From the NCBI GenBank assembly GCA_016869195.1, contig VGET01000002.1, forward strand, positions 1,163 through 65,162: a stretch of DNA of 64,000 nt, given 5' to 3'. Below the pieces are notes generated by a model. The model was not told the DNA's origin. It saw only the letters and a list, made by a program, of their open reading frames with translations, and searched no databases. This stretch comes from Alphaproteobacteria bacterium (GTDB lineage Bacteria; Pseudomonadota; Alphaproteobacteria; UBA828). Shown one piece after another: positions 18,901-28,339 of the stretch (positions are counted from its first letter, which is position 1; the number at the start of each line of letters is the position of its first letter). The translations under genes were made by a program, and so were the position numbers.

Positions 18901-18955
18901 CGCGCTGGCCCGCCAGCGCCAGCGGCAGATCGAGCGAAAAAAGGGGAGCGAGTGA
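15953..18955 (+). CDS. glnE: Bifunctional glutamine synthetase adenylyltransferase/adenylyl-removing enzyme
   Basis: 1000 aa. Two nucleotidyltransferase domains (GMGKLGARELNYSSDVDLI..., LALGKLGSQELTFDSDLDLVFVYD) with the GlnE-specific helical regions. Confidence 0.95.
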   Translation: MSLLPFIADIERLPKPADAEAVARGLEQWGQRASELNDHHEKASCAALASDRAGRALLSGLFGNSPFLSQALLAEPTILCSIAEHGFATSLGRVIDTLGEPSCFGAPRETIARNLRIARRRVAMIVALADLCEVWPLERVTGALSAFADAAIQAALSHLLKEASSAGQLPPLDPLDPTHGSGIFVVGMGKLGARELNYSSDVDLIILYDSERLKGASGDAQQTLQRLTRQLVTLLSERTQDGYVLRVDLRLRPDPGSTPLAISTGAAETYYETLGQNWERAAMIKARPVAGDLESGHLFLSRLRPFVWRKHLDFAAIQDIHSIKRQINAHKGHLVIALLGHDIKVGRGGIREIEFYAQTQQLIWGGRVPELRVAGTCPALRALATIGQTEQSVCGDLIEAYRFLRRTEHRIQMVADEQRHHLPPDDAGFGRIATFLGHRSGIAFGEELTRRLETVERHYAALFEDAPELGSGEGNLVFTGTEDDPDTLKTLSSLGFRDGSAISACVRGWHHGRIRATRSTRARELLTELMPALLKALGRTVNPDAAFMKFDEFLSRLPAGVQLFSLFYSRPALLDEVAEVMGSAPRLAEHLSRRVSLLEGMLSGDFDAPVPSREAIKAELEASLAHLVDFQDVLDGLRRYVHDGEFQIGMQLLRNRVSAAQASRNLSDLADAAILTLLPRVEAEFARAHGVVPGGAFAVLALGKLGSQELTFDSDLDLVFVYDAPEGLDSMSDGERPLAASQYYARLSQRLTSALTALTAEGRLYQIDTRLRPSGNAGPVASEVRALEQYHTEAAWTFEHMALTRARVLCAPPPLAERIGRMIRAVLHRRRDPAQLVLDVADMRVRIEQERATSNPWMLKHSRGGLLDLEFIAQYLALREGANHPAVLDRSAAEVFDRLGKAGVLGQQETLALGAMCRFFATLQILLRLTVGTARDEAKFPVGVRQTLARATEMRDFNAVRRRLMDAQAYVRSYFERTIERPAALARQRQRQIERKKGSE

Positions 18956-19425
18956 TGGCCAAGGAACTCAAGGAAGGCGACAAGGCGCCCGACTTCTCGG
19001 CGGCGACCGATGGCGGCGGCAAGCTGAAACTGTCGAGCCTCAAGGGCAAAAATGTCGTGCTCTATTTCTATCCCAAGGACGATACGCCCGGGTGCACGAC
19101 CGAAGCATGCGGCTTCCGCGACAACCTGCCGAAGTTCGGCAAGGTGGACGCCGAGATCATCGGCGTGTCGAAGGACAGCGCGAAGAGCCACGACAAATTC
19201 AAGGCGAAATACGAGCTGCCATTCACCCTGGTCTCGGATGAGGACGGCGCGATCTGCGAGGCCTATGGCACCTGGGTCGAGAAGAGCATGTATGGCCGCA
19301 AATACATGGGCATCGACCGCGCGACCTTCCTGATCGACAAGAAGGGCATGTTGCGGCACCTCTGGCGCAAGGTGAAGGTGACGGGCCACGTCGATGAGGT
19401 GCTTGCGGCGGTCAAGGCCTTGTGA
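18955..19425 (+). CDS. bcp: Thiol peroxidase Bcp (peroxiredoxin)
   Basis: MAKELKEGDKAPDF...YFYPKDDTPGCTTEACGFRD, the peroxiredoxin CxxxxC motif. AAGGGGAG RBS. The start overlaps the glnE stop (gTGATGg). Confidence 0.9.
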   Translation: MAKELKEGDKAPDFSAATDGGGKLKLSSLKGKNVVLYFYPKDDTPGCTTEACGFRDNLPKFGKVDAEIIGVSKDSAKSHDKFKAKYELPFTLVSDEDGAICEAYGTWVEKSMYGRKYMGIDRATFLIDKKGMLRHLWRKVKVTGHVDEVLAAVKAL

Positions 19426-20213
19426 CGCTCACGCTATGCCTGGCGGCGCACGCGGTTTTGACTTGCGCCGACGCCCGTGAGAAGGCCGCGCTCACTGGGC
19501 AATTTGCATCCGCGTGGCGTGCGGGCGGGATCAAGCAGATTGGACACGGCGCGCTGCCGGATCGGCCGGCTCGCCCGGCGAGCCCGGAGCTTATGGCCCC
19601 GCGTGAGATGCCGCGTCGGCGCACCGGCGGGCTTGCGGGCCGCATCGCCCTGCTCCACGCGCTCGCCCATATCGAGCTCAACGCCATCGATCTTGCCTGG
19701 GACCTGATCGGTCGGTTTTCCGACGATGCCCTGCCGCGCGCCTTCTATGACGATTGGGTCGCGGTTGCGGATGACGAGGCGCGCCACTTCGGGCTGCTGG
19801 CCGATCGGCTCGAGGCGCTTGGCTCGTACTATGGCGCCTTGCCGGCGCATGACGGACTCTGGCTCGCGGCACAACGGACCGCGCATGATCTGTTGGCGCG
19901 GTTGGCCGTTGTGCCCCTCGTCCTGGAGGCGCGTGGGCTCGACGTGACACCAGGGATCGCGTCTCGCTTGCGTGACGCTGGAGATGTTGACAGCGCCGCC
20001 ATTGTCGAGGTGATCGCGGCTGAAGAGGTGAGCCATGTCGGCGCGGGTTGGCGCTGGTTTGTCTATGCGGCAACGGCGCGCGGCGCGGAGCCCGAGCGCA
20101 CTTATCGCGAGTTGATCCGAGCGCACTACGGCGCTGCGCTGAAGCCTCCATTCAACAGTGCCGCACGACTGAAGGCCGGGCTTCCGCCGGCCCTTTGCGA
20201 TGCCGCGGGGTGA
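19422..20213 (+). CDS. DUF455-family ferritin-like protein
   Basis: N-terminal LCLAAHAVLTCADAREKAALT, then the DUF455 helical core HIELNAIDLAWD and EEVSHV. The start overlaps the bcp stop. Confidence 0.75.
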   Translation: MTLTLCLAAHAVLTCADAREKAALTGQFASAWRAGGIKQIGHGALPDRPARPASPELMAPREMPRRRTGGLAGRIALLHALAHIELNAIDLAWDLIGRFSDDALPRAFYDDWVAVADDEARHFGLLADRLEALGSYYGALPAHDGLWLAAQRTAHDLLARLAVVPLVLEARGLDVTPGIASRLRDAGDVDSAAIVEVIAAEEVSHVGAGWRWFVYAATARGAEPERTYRELIRAHYGAALKPPFNSAARLKAGLPPALCDAAG

Positions 20214-20302
20214 GCATTCGTAGCGCATTGCGGTTCGGGTGGTGGGAAGGCTAGGTTGAATCCCAACAAATTCGGGCTGTGGGCCTGCGTGATAGGGGGA
20301 GA

Positions 20303-22351
20303 ACGATCGCCATGCGTTATCCGCGCCTGTTTTCGGAATGGAAGCTGCGCAACACGACGATCAAGAACCGCGTGGTGTTTCCGCCGACCTGTCCGAGCTG
20401 GGTGTCGGACCCGTGGAGCGGCGTCTTCATCGACATGGCGACAAACTATTACGCCGAACGCGCCAAGGGCGGCGTCGGCCTCATCATCATCGGCGGCACC
20501 CACGTTCATCCCTCCTCGATCAGCGCGCCGCTGCTGATGCCGCAACTGTTCGATGATCGGAACATCGGCCCGCTCTCGAAGATCGCGGACGCAGTCCATG
20601 CCGAGGGTTGCAAACTCGGCATCCAGCTCTGGCACTCCGGCGTGCGCGGGTTCCCCACCTTCAAGCAGGCGGCGGGCTTCGACCCCGATGCCACCTGGTA
20701 CACGCTCTCGCCATCCCAGGTGCCCTTGGGCGAGTTCCCCGGCGCCTCGACGCCGAAGGCAATGGACGAGGACGAGATCGAGGAAATCCTTGAGGCCTAT
20801 GCCTCGGCCGGTCGGCGCGCGATCCAGGCGGGGCTCGATGGCGTTGAGCTCCATCTCTCGCACGGCTATCTGCCCTGGCAGTTCCTCTCGCCGCTCTACA
20901 ACAAGCGTACCGACCGCTGGGGCGGCTCCTATGAAAATCGCATGCGCTTTCCGGTCGAGGCGTTGAAGCGCATCAGGAAGGCGATCGGCGACAAGCCCTG
21001 GCTCGGCTTCCGCATCAACTCGACGTCGTTCTGGCCGGGCGACCTAGAGATCGAGGACATTCAGAAAATCGTGCCCGACCTCCAGAAGGTCACTGACACG
21101 GACTATGTGAACGTCTCGGCTGGCGTGCACCACACCTTCATCCACACGCCGATGGAGTTCCAGGGTGGCTGGGAGCGCGGCTATGCGCGCAAGATCCGCG
21201 AGGTCTCGAAGAAGCCGGTGCTGGCGGTCGGGCGCATCAACTCGCCCGACATCGCGGAAGCGCTGCTCGAAGCGGGCGATGCCGACGCGATCTGCCTCGC
21301 GCGCCAGCTCTTCACCGATCCCTATTGGGCCAAGAAGGCCGAGGCCGGCAAGGCGGAGGACATTCGCTCCTGTGTTGCCGCCAATTTCTGCTGGAAGAGC
21401 GTGAGCCGCGGCGGACGGGTGCAGTGCGTCTACAACCCCGCGGTCGGGCGCGAGGGCGAATGGGGCGAAGGCAAGCTCGTCAAGGCATCGAAGCCGAAGA
21501 GGCTCGTCGTAATCGGCGGCGGGCCGGCCGGCCTCGAATATGCCCGCATCGCCGCGGCGCGCGGCCACAAGGTGGTGATCCTCGAACGTGAGTCCGAGAC
21601 CGGCGGCCATGTGCGGCTCCAATCCTACCTGCCGAGCCGCGCCGAGTTTGGCGACATCACGCGCTGGCTCGCCGATCAAGCGCAAAAGAACGGCGCCGTG
21701 ATCCGCACCGACAGCCCGGTCGAGGAGGACGGCCTCGATGACCTGCTCAAGGTTGAGAAGCCGGATCATGTGGTGGTGGCGACCGGCTCCGCCGTGTGTG
21801 TCGACGGCTTCCAGGGCTGGACCGCCGAGCCGATCGCCGGCTGGGATTCAGGGAACTGCATCGGCTGGGACGAGGTGGTGAAAGCGAAGCAGCGCGCGGC
21901 CGGCGTCTCGTTCCCCGGTCACGTGGTCGTGCTCGACGACATGTGCGACGTGGTCGCGCCCTTGACCGCGGTTGCGCTGAAGGAGTCCGGTGCCGCCGCT
22001 GTCACCCTCGTCACGCGCTGGCCGATGGTCGGCATGGAGACGATGCTCGACGTCTATTTCGACTGGATCATGCCAAAGCTTTACAAGGCCGGCGTGCGCA
22101 TTCTTGTCGATCACTTCCCCAAGAAGGTCGAGGGCAAGGCCATGACCGTCTTCAATGTGCACCACGAGGAGGCGGTCGAGACGCTCAAGGCCGATTGGAT
22201 CGTGATGGCGACCGGCCGCCGGTCGGAGGATGGTCTCTACAACGCGCTCAAGGCGCGCGGCGTCTCGGTCGAGACCATCGGCGACGCCACCGCGCCGCGC
22301 TACACTTATGAGGCGGTGTACGAAGGCCACCGCGCGGCGAGGAAGGTGTAG
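20303..22351 (+). CDS. NADH:flavin oxidoreductase (Old Yellow Enzyme TIM barrel) fused to a FAD/NAD(P)-binding domain (2,4-dienoyl-CoA reductase / N-methylproline demethylase family)
   Basis: The N-terminal half carries OYE motifs (LRNRVVFPP, HSGVRG, LHLSHGYLPWQFLSP). The C-terminal half has VVIGGGPAGLEYA Rossmann motifs. ATG at 20303 with GGGGGAG upstream. Confidence 0.85.
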   Translation, partial: TIAMRYPRLFSEWKLRNTTIKNRVVFPPTCPSWVSDPWSGVFIDMATNYYAERAKGGVGLIIIGGTHVHPSSISAPLLMPQLFDDRNIGPLSKIADAVHAEGCKLGIQLWHSGVRGFPTFKQAAGFDPDATWYTLSPSQVPLGEFPGASTPKAMDEDEIEEILEAYASAGRRAIQAGLDGVELHLSHGYLPWQFLSPLYNKRTDRWGGSYENRMRFPVEALKRIRKAIGDKPWLGFRINSTSFWPGDLEIEDIQKIVPDLQKVTDTDYVNVSAGVHHTFIHTPMEFQGGWERGYARKIREVSKKPVLAVGRINSPDIAEALLEAGDADAICLARQLFTDPYWAKKAEAGKAEDIRSCVAANFCWKSVSRGGRVQCVYNPAVGREGEWGEGKLVKASKPKRLVVIGGGPAGLEYARIAAARGHKVVILERESETGGHVRLQSYLPSRAEFGDITRWLADQAQKNGAVIRTDSPVEEDGLDDLLKVEKPDHVVVATGSAVCVDGFQGWTAEPIAGWDSGNCIGWDEVVKAKQRAAGVSFPGHVVVLDDMCDVVAPLTAVALKESGAAAVTLVTRWPMVGMETMLDVYFDWIMPKLYKAGVRILVDHFPKKVEGKAMTVFNVHHEEAVETLKADWIVMATGRRSEDGLYNALKARGVSVETIGDATAPRYTYEAVYEGHRAARKV

Positions 22352-22427
22352 CGGCGCGCGAGCATCACAAAAATCCGTCATGGCCCGGTTGGTGCGGGCA
22401 CTGCCGGACCATGAGTCAATCATTTCA

Positions 22428-22799
22428 CGTCATTGCCGGGCTTGACCCGGCAATCCAGGCTTACACCGACAGACTGTTGTAGAGGTCGTCCCAATCAGGA
22501 TTGTGGCTCTCGATCAGTTCCAGCTTCCAGGCGCGGCTCCAATGCTTCATCGTCTTCTCACGCTGGATCGCCCGCACAATCTCATCGTGCATCTCGAAGT
22601 AGACCAGAAGCTTGGTGCCATAGCGCTTGGAGAAACCATCAACAAGCCCTTCCCGGTGCTCATACGTGCGGCGGACGAGGTCACTCGTTACGCCGATGTA
22701 CAGCGTGCCGTTACGCCGGCTCGCCATGATGTAGACGTAGGCCGCCATGTGCGGCCATCGAAGGCGGCCTGGATTGCCGGGTCAAGCCCGGCAATGACG
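22428..22799. mobile_element. Candidate miniature element: GIY-YIG ORF bracketed by perfect 33-bp terminal inverted repeats
   Basis: Left arm 22428..22460, cgtCATTGCCGGGCTTGACCCGGCAATCCAGGC. Right arm 22767..22799 is its exact reverse complement. Each arm also contains its own small palindrome (GCCGGGcttgaCCCGGC). The left arm abuts the ORF stop codon. Confidence 0.5.
22461..22748 (-). CDS. GIY-YIG nuclease family protein (UPF0213/URI-domain, 95 aa)
   Basis: MAAYVYIMASRRNGTLYIGVTSDLVRRTYEHREG... GIY...YIG motifs with R and E catalytic residues. Confidence 0.85.
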   Translation of the reverse strand: MAAYVYIMASRRNGTLYIGVTSDLVRRTYEHREGLVDGFSKRYGTKLLVYFEMHDEIVRAIQREKTMKHWSRAWKLELIESHNPDWDDLYNSLSV

Positions 22800-22818
22800 G
22801 CCGTTGGGTAAAATAGCC

Positions 22819-24025
<1,207 letters not shown>

Positions 24026-24085
24026 GGTCTTGCCTTCCGCGGGCGATCAAACGGGGCGGGAGTTGGCCGCAGAGCGGCCGCGACG

Positions 24086-26512
24086 TCAATAGAGGCCGTC
24101 GGTCAGCTCGCCGCCTTCCTCAGTGAAGCCGGCGGTATCGGCCGAATCCTGGAGCACGTCGCCAAGATCGCTCAGCATGAGGTGCTTGCCCTCGGTGCCA
24201 CTGCGAAAGGCCTCCAGCACCACCGCGCCCTCGCCCCCCGATGGCGGCATGCCGGAGCGCAAATCGACGCGGGCAAAGCGCACACCGTTCGGCACGCGGA
24301 ATGGCACGGCCGGCTTGTCCTTGATGACTTCCGCCATGAACTCCTTGAAGATCGGCGCGGCCACCTTGCCGCCGGCCTCGCCGCGCCCGAGGTCCTGTGG
24401 GGTGTCGAAGCCGACATAGGTGGCGACCACGAGGTCGGGCGAGAAGCCGATGAACCAGGCGTCCTTGTAGTCGTTCGAGGTGCCGGTCTTGCCGGCGAGC
24501 GGCACGCCAAGCGAGGCGACCACGCGTGCAGTGCCGCGTGTGACGACGCCCTCCAACATCGACACGATCTGATAGGCGCTCACTGGGTCGAGCACGCGTT
24601 CGCGCTGATCCAGCAACGCGGGTGGCGCCGCTGCGGCCGCGCCGACCACCTGGCAACCTTCACAGGCGCGGCCGTCGCGCCGGTAGATCGTCGCACCCGT
24701 CTTGTCCTGAATGCGCTCGATCAGTGCTGGCTCAATCCTCTTGCCGCCGTTCACGATGATCGAATAGGCGGTCGCCATGCGGAGCAGCGTGGTCTCATAA
24801 GACCCAAGTGAGGTCGAGAGCACGCGCGGAAGTTCATCGGCGACGCCGAGCCGCTTGGCGTAGTCCGCGATCACCTCCATGCCGACATTCTTGGCGATGC
24901 GCACCGTCATCAGATTGCGTGATTGCTCGAGGCCATAGCGCAGCGTGCTCGGGCCGCTGAAATCCCCGCCATAGTTCTGCGGCCGCCACATCGGCAGGCC
25001 TGGCCCCTGCGGCAGCTCGATCGGGGCGTCGTTGACCACGGTCGAGGGCGTGAAGCCATGGTCGAGAGCCGCGAGATAGACAAACGGCTTGAATGACGAG
25101 CCCGGCTGCCGCATTGCCTGGGTCGCGCGGTTGAACTCGCTCTCGGCATAGGAGAGGCCGCCGACCATGGCGAGCACGCGCCCGGTGTGGGGGTCCATCA
25201 CCAGCATGCCGCCACGCACGATCGGCACCTGCCGCAGATTGTAACGATTGGGCACCTTCGAATTGGCCTTGGGCTCGACCAGGATTAGGTCACCCGGCTC
25301 GAAGACGTCGAGCAGCTTCTTGACCGGCGGCCCGAGCTTGCCACTTTCGGATACGCGGCGCGCCCACGCGACGTCTTCGAGCGCGATCGTGCCTTTTGTG
25401 CCGTCGGTGAGACCGATCTCGGCTTCCTTGCCGCTGATCGCGAGCACGAGCGCGAGCGGCCAATGGGGCGCCGCAGCAACCGGGCGCGTTTGCCCCGCCA
25501 AGGTCGTCTTGAAATCACCCTCGACCGACAGCTTCGCGAGCGCGCCGCGCCAGCCATGACGACGGTCATAGGCCCCAAGACCATTCTGAAACGCACGATC
25601 GGCGTACGCCTGGAGCTTCGGATCAAGCGTCGTGCGTACCGAGAGGCCGCCGCGATAGAGCTTGTCCTCGCCGTAGCGTGTGATCAGCCAGCGCCGTGCC
25701 TCCTCGGCGAAATACTCGGCATGAACCATCTCGGTCGTGTCGCGCGCCCGCATGGCGAGGGGTTCCGCCTTTGCTTGCGTGGCCTCCGCGGCGGTGATGA
25801 CACCATTCTCGGTCATCTGGTCGATTACCCAATTGCGTCGCGAGAGCGCGGCGTCCGGGTGTTTGACCGGATGGTAGTTGTTTGGCGCCTTGGGCAGCGC
25901 CGCGAGGTATGCCGCTTCGGCGACGGTCAACTCATCGAGCGACTTGTTGAAATAGTCGAGCGCTGCCGCGGCGACGCCATAGGAGCCGATGCCGAGATAG
26001 ATCTGGTTCAGGTAGAGCTCGAGGATGCGGTCCTTGCTGTATGTCTGCTCGATGCGGACTGCGAGGATCGCCTCCTTGACCTTGCGCGAGAAGCTTACTT
26101 CGTTGGTAAGCAGGAAGTTCTTGGCCACCTGTTGCGTGATCGTCGACGCGCCGACCAATTTCTTATCGCCACCAATGTTGAGCACGTTCTTCCAGAGCGC
26201 GCCGACCATGCTCATCGGGTCGACGCCGAAGTGCTCGTAGAAGTTCTTGTCCTCCGCCGATAGGAACGCCGAGACCACGAGCTTCGGCGTGGCGGTCAAC
26301 GGCACGAAGACGCGCTTCTCGATCGAGTATTCCGCGACCAACCTCCCGTCACCGGCGTGAAGCCGCGTAACGATCGAGGGATCATAGGCGGCGAGCTGAT
26401 TGTGATCAGGCAGGTCGCGTCCATAGAAGTAGAACGCGAGGGCGCCACCGCCGGCCACGATGGCGGCGAGAGCGACGATCACGATGAGGAAGATGATGAC
26501 GAAGCGCTTCAT
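24086..26512 (-). CDS. mrcA: Penicillin-binding protein 1A (bifunctional glycosyltransferase/transpeptidase)
   Basis: 808 aa. N-terminal TM anchor, GT51 motifs (EDKNFYEHFGVD, GASTITQQ) and transpeptidase motifs (SSFKP, SXN, KTG). Confidence 0.95.
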   Translation of the reverse strand: MKRFVIIFLIVIVALAAIVAGGGALAFYFYGRDLPDHNQLAAYDPSIVTRLHAGDGRLVAEYSIEKRVFVPLTATPKLVVSAFLSAEDKNFYEHFGVDPMSMVGALWKNVLNIGGDKKLVGASTITQQVAKNFLLTNEVSFSRKVKEAILAVRIEQTYSKDRILELYLNQIYLGIGSYGVAAAALDYFNKSLDELTVAEAAYLAALPKAPNNYHPVKHPDAALSRRNWVIDQMTENGVITAAEATQAKAEPLAMRARDTTEMVHAEYFAEEARRWLITRYGEDKLYRGGLSVRTTLDPKLQAYADRAFQNGLGAYDRRHGWRGALAKLSVEGDFKTTLAGQTRPVAAAPHWPLALVLAISGKEAEIGLTDGTKGTIALEDVAWARRVSESGKLGPPVKKLLDVFEPGDLILVEPKANSKVPNRYNLRQVPIVRGGMLVMDPHTGRVLAMVGGLSYAESEFNRATQAMRQPGSSFKPFVYLAALDHGFTPSTVVNDAPIELPQGPGLPMWRPQNYGGDFSGPSTLRYGLEQSRNLMTVRIAKNVGMEVIADYAKRLGVADELPRVLSTSLGSYETTLLRMATAYSIIVNGGKRIEPALIERIQDKTGATIYRRDGRACEGCQVVGAAAAAPPALLDQRERVLDPVSAYQIVSMLEGVVTRGTARVVASLGVPLAGKTGTSNDYKDAWFIGFSPDLVVATYVGFDTPQDLGRGEAGGKVAAPIFKEFMAEVIKDKPAVPFRVPNGVRFARVDLRSGMPPSGGEGAVVLEAFRSGTEGKHLMLSDLGDVLQDSADTAGFTEEGGELTDGLY

Positions 26513-26619
26513 GCTGGCTGCAATGGTATCATCGACCGTGCCTACGACCAGCCCCCGCCGGCGTCAATTCCGGGTGGCCGCGATTATTGGCCGGAAATCT
26601 TGCCCGAACTGTGACGGCG

Positions 26620-27891
26620 TTAACAGGATCGGCGCGCAAAATAGGCGTCAACCGCCTTAACCACAGCCTTCATGATCTTTGACCGGGTGGCCGCGTTGCG
26701 CAGGCCCTTCTCGTCGACCTTGTTCGACAAATAGCCCATTTCCACCAGGACCGAGGGCACGTCAGGCGCCTTCAGCACCCGGAATCCGGCAAATCGATGC
26801 GGCCGGGGCAGGAGGCGTGTCTGCTTTTTGATGTGCTTGGTCAGGCCGGAGGCAAACACGGCCGAGCAGTTCATGGTCGATTGCTGCACCAGCGAAATCA
26901 GGATGCGCGCGACCTCCTCGTCATAGTCTTCGCCAATATCGATGCCGGCGACCAGGTCGGAGCTGTTCTCGCGCCTGGCAAAGGCCTCGGTCTCGGCATC
27001 CGATGCCGTCTCAGAGAGCGTATAGACCGATGCGCCCCGTACCTTCGGGCTGTCGTGCTTATCGGCGTGGAGTGAGATGAACAGCTCGGACTTGCCTTTC
27101 CGGGCGATCTCGACGCGTTCGGCCAGCGGCACATAGATGTCCGAGTTCCGGGTCATTACCACCCGGTACCTCCCGGTGGCCTCGAGAAGTCGCCTGAGTT
27201 CTCGCGCCGCCGCGAGGGTAATGTTTTTTTCGAGCGTCCCGAGCGACCCGATGGCCCCCGGATCCACCCCGCCATGCCCGGCGTCAATCGCGACCACGCG
27301 CTTGGCGCTCGCGCGCTCGGCATCTGAAGCTGCCTTCTGGTCGGCCTGGCCACGCGGGGTGAGTGCGGCCTGAGCCTCCTCCTTGGCGGGGGGTTTGGGC
27401 GGCGTCTGATCGGCCTTGTTTCCGCCATCCGGCCCGTCGCCGACGGTGGTTCGGGTTTCCACCGTCTTTGGAACCTTGGTCGGTCTGAGCTCGATCTGAA
27501 GCCGCGTCTTGCCGTCGACGGTGCGCAACTCCGTGCCGGCAACCCGGGCGGGCTCCTTCAGGTCGAGCACGAGGCGCGACGTGGCCGGGTTGAACTGACC
27601 GAACCGGAGCTGCGCGACCACGCCCTTTCTTGGTAATGCCCCTGAAATGGCGTCCGGCCACTGGACCACCGGCAGGTCGACGACAACGCGATCCGGCGAA
27701 TCGAGGGTGAAGATTTCGGCCCGAAGAGAGCCTTTCCCGATCAGCGTGACTCGCGTCGCGCCGTCCGAGAGCGAAACACGTACCTCGGTGATCCGAGTCG
27801 AGGCGGCCTCGGCGCCCGCCTGTATCGCGCACGAAAGCAGCCCCACGAGCACCAGAAAGGCCCAGCGGAGGCTTTTTAAGCTATTGATCAT
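26620..27891 (-). CDS. amiC: N-acetylmuramoyl-L-alanine amidase (AmiC-type, N-terminal AMIN domain)
   Basis: Signal peptide, AMIN-like N-terminus, and Amidase_3 catalytic domain (VVAIDAGHGG...FISLHAD...GFRVLKAPDVPSVLVEMGYLSN). Confidence 0.9.
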   Translation of the reverse strand: MINSLKSLRWAFLVLVGLLSCAIQAGAEAASTRITEVRVSLSDGATRVTLIGKGSLRAEIFTLDSPDRVVVDLPVVQWPDAISGALPRKGVVAQLRFGQFNPATSRLVLDLKEPARVAGTELRTVDGKTRLQIELRPTKVPKTVETRTTVGDGPDGGNKADQTPPKPPAKEEAQAALTPRGQADQKAASDAERASAKRVVAIDAGHGGVDPGAIGSLGTLEKNITLAAARELRRLLEATGRYRVVMTRNSDIYVPLAERVEIARKGKSELFISLHADKHDSPKVRGASVYTLSETASDAETEAFARRENSSDLVAGIDIGEDYDEEVARILISLVQQSTMNCSAVFASGLTKHIKKQTRLLPRPHRFAGFRVLKAPDVPSVLVEMGYLSNKVDEKGLRNAATRSKIMKAVVKAVDAYFARRSC

Positions 27892-28339
27892 TCGAGGTAT
27901 TTTTCGTCACCGGGAAGGCCTGCCTGCGTTCTTGCTTGAACCCTGCGCCGAGCCAATCACCGACGCCCGGAATGGGTTTCGGATTGTTTTGCTGAGCCCA
28001 TGGGACATATGATGACCCCCAGCAGACCCGTCTCGATATTCCTGAGCGCGCGAAGCGTTCAGCGAGGCAAGGCCTCGGGTGCAGATCCGGGGATGATCGG
28101 GCGATCAGCTCCGCCACGCATATACATGCTGGTGTGTATGTTTCCGAGACTCGTGGCCAATCACCGAATCACGATGTCGTTCATCGTCGCACGGTCCGTA
28201 CCCTCCTGGCAACGCAACGGCGTTGCCGCGTTCGATGGGCAGCGGCCGCGCGTGTCTTCCAACCGCATGAAACTCACCGGGCTGTCCGCGGCCGCGCCAA
28301 CCGCTGGTAGGCGCGACGCCGCCCTGAGGACGAGAGAAT
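27892..28339 (+). promoter_or_regulatory. Long divergent intergenic region holding the amiC promoter and the probable long rne 5' leader
   Basis: 448 bp with no convincing ORF (the track ORFs there are Arg-rich and short). It sits upstream of rne, which in many bacteria has a long structured autoregulatory 5' UTR. Confidence 0.4.
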
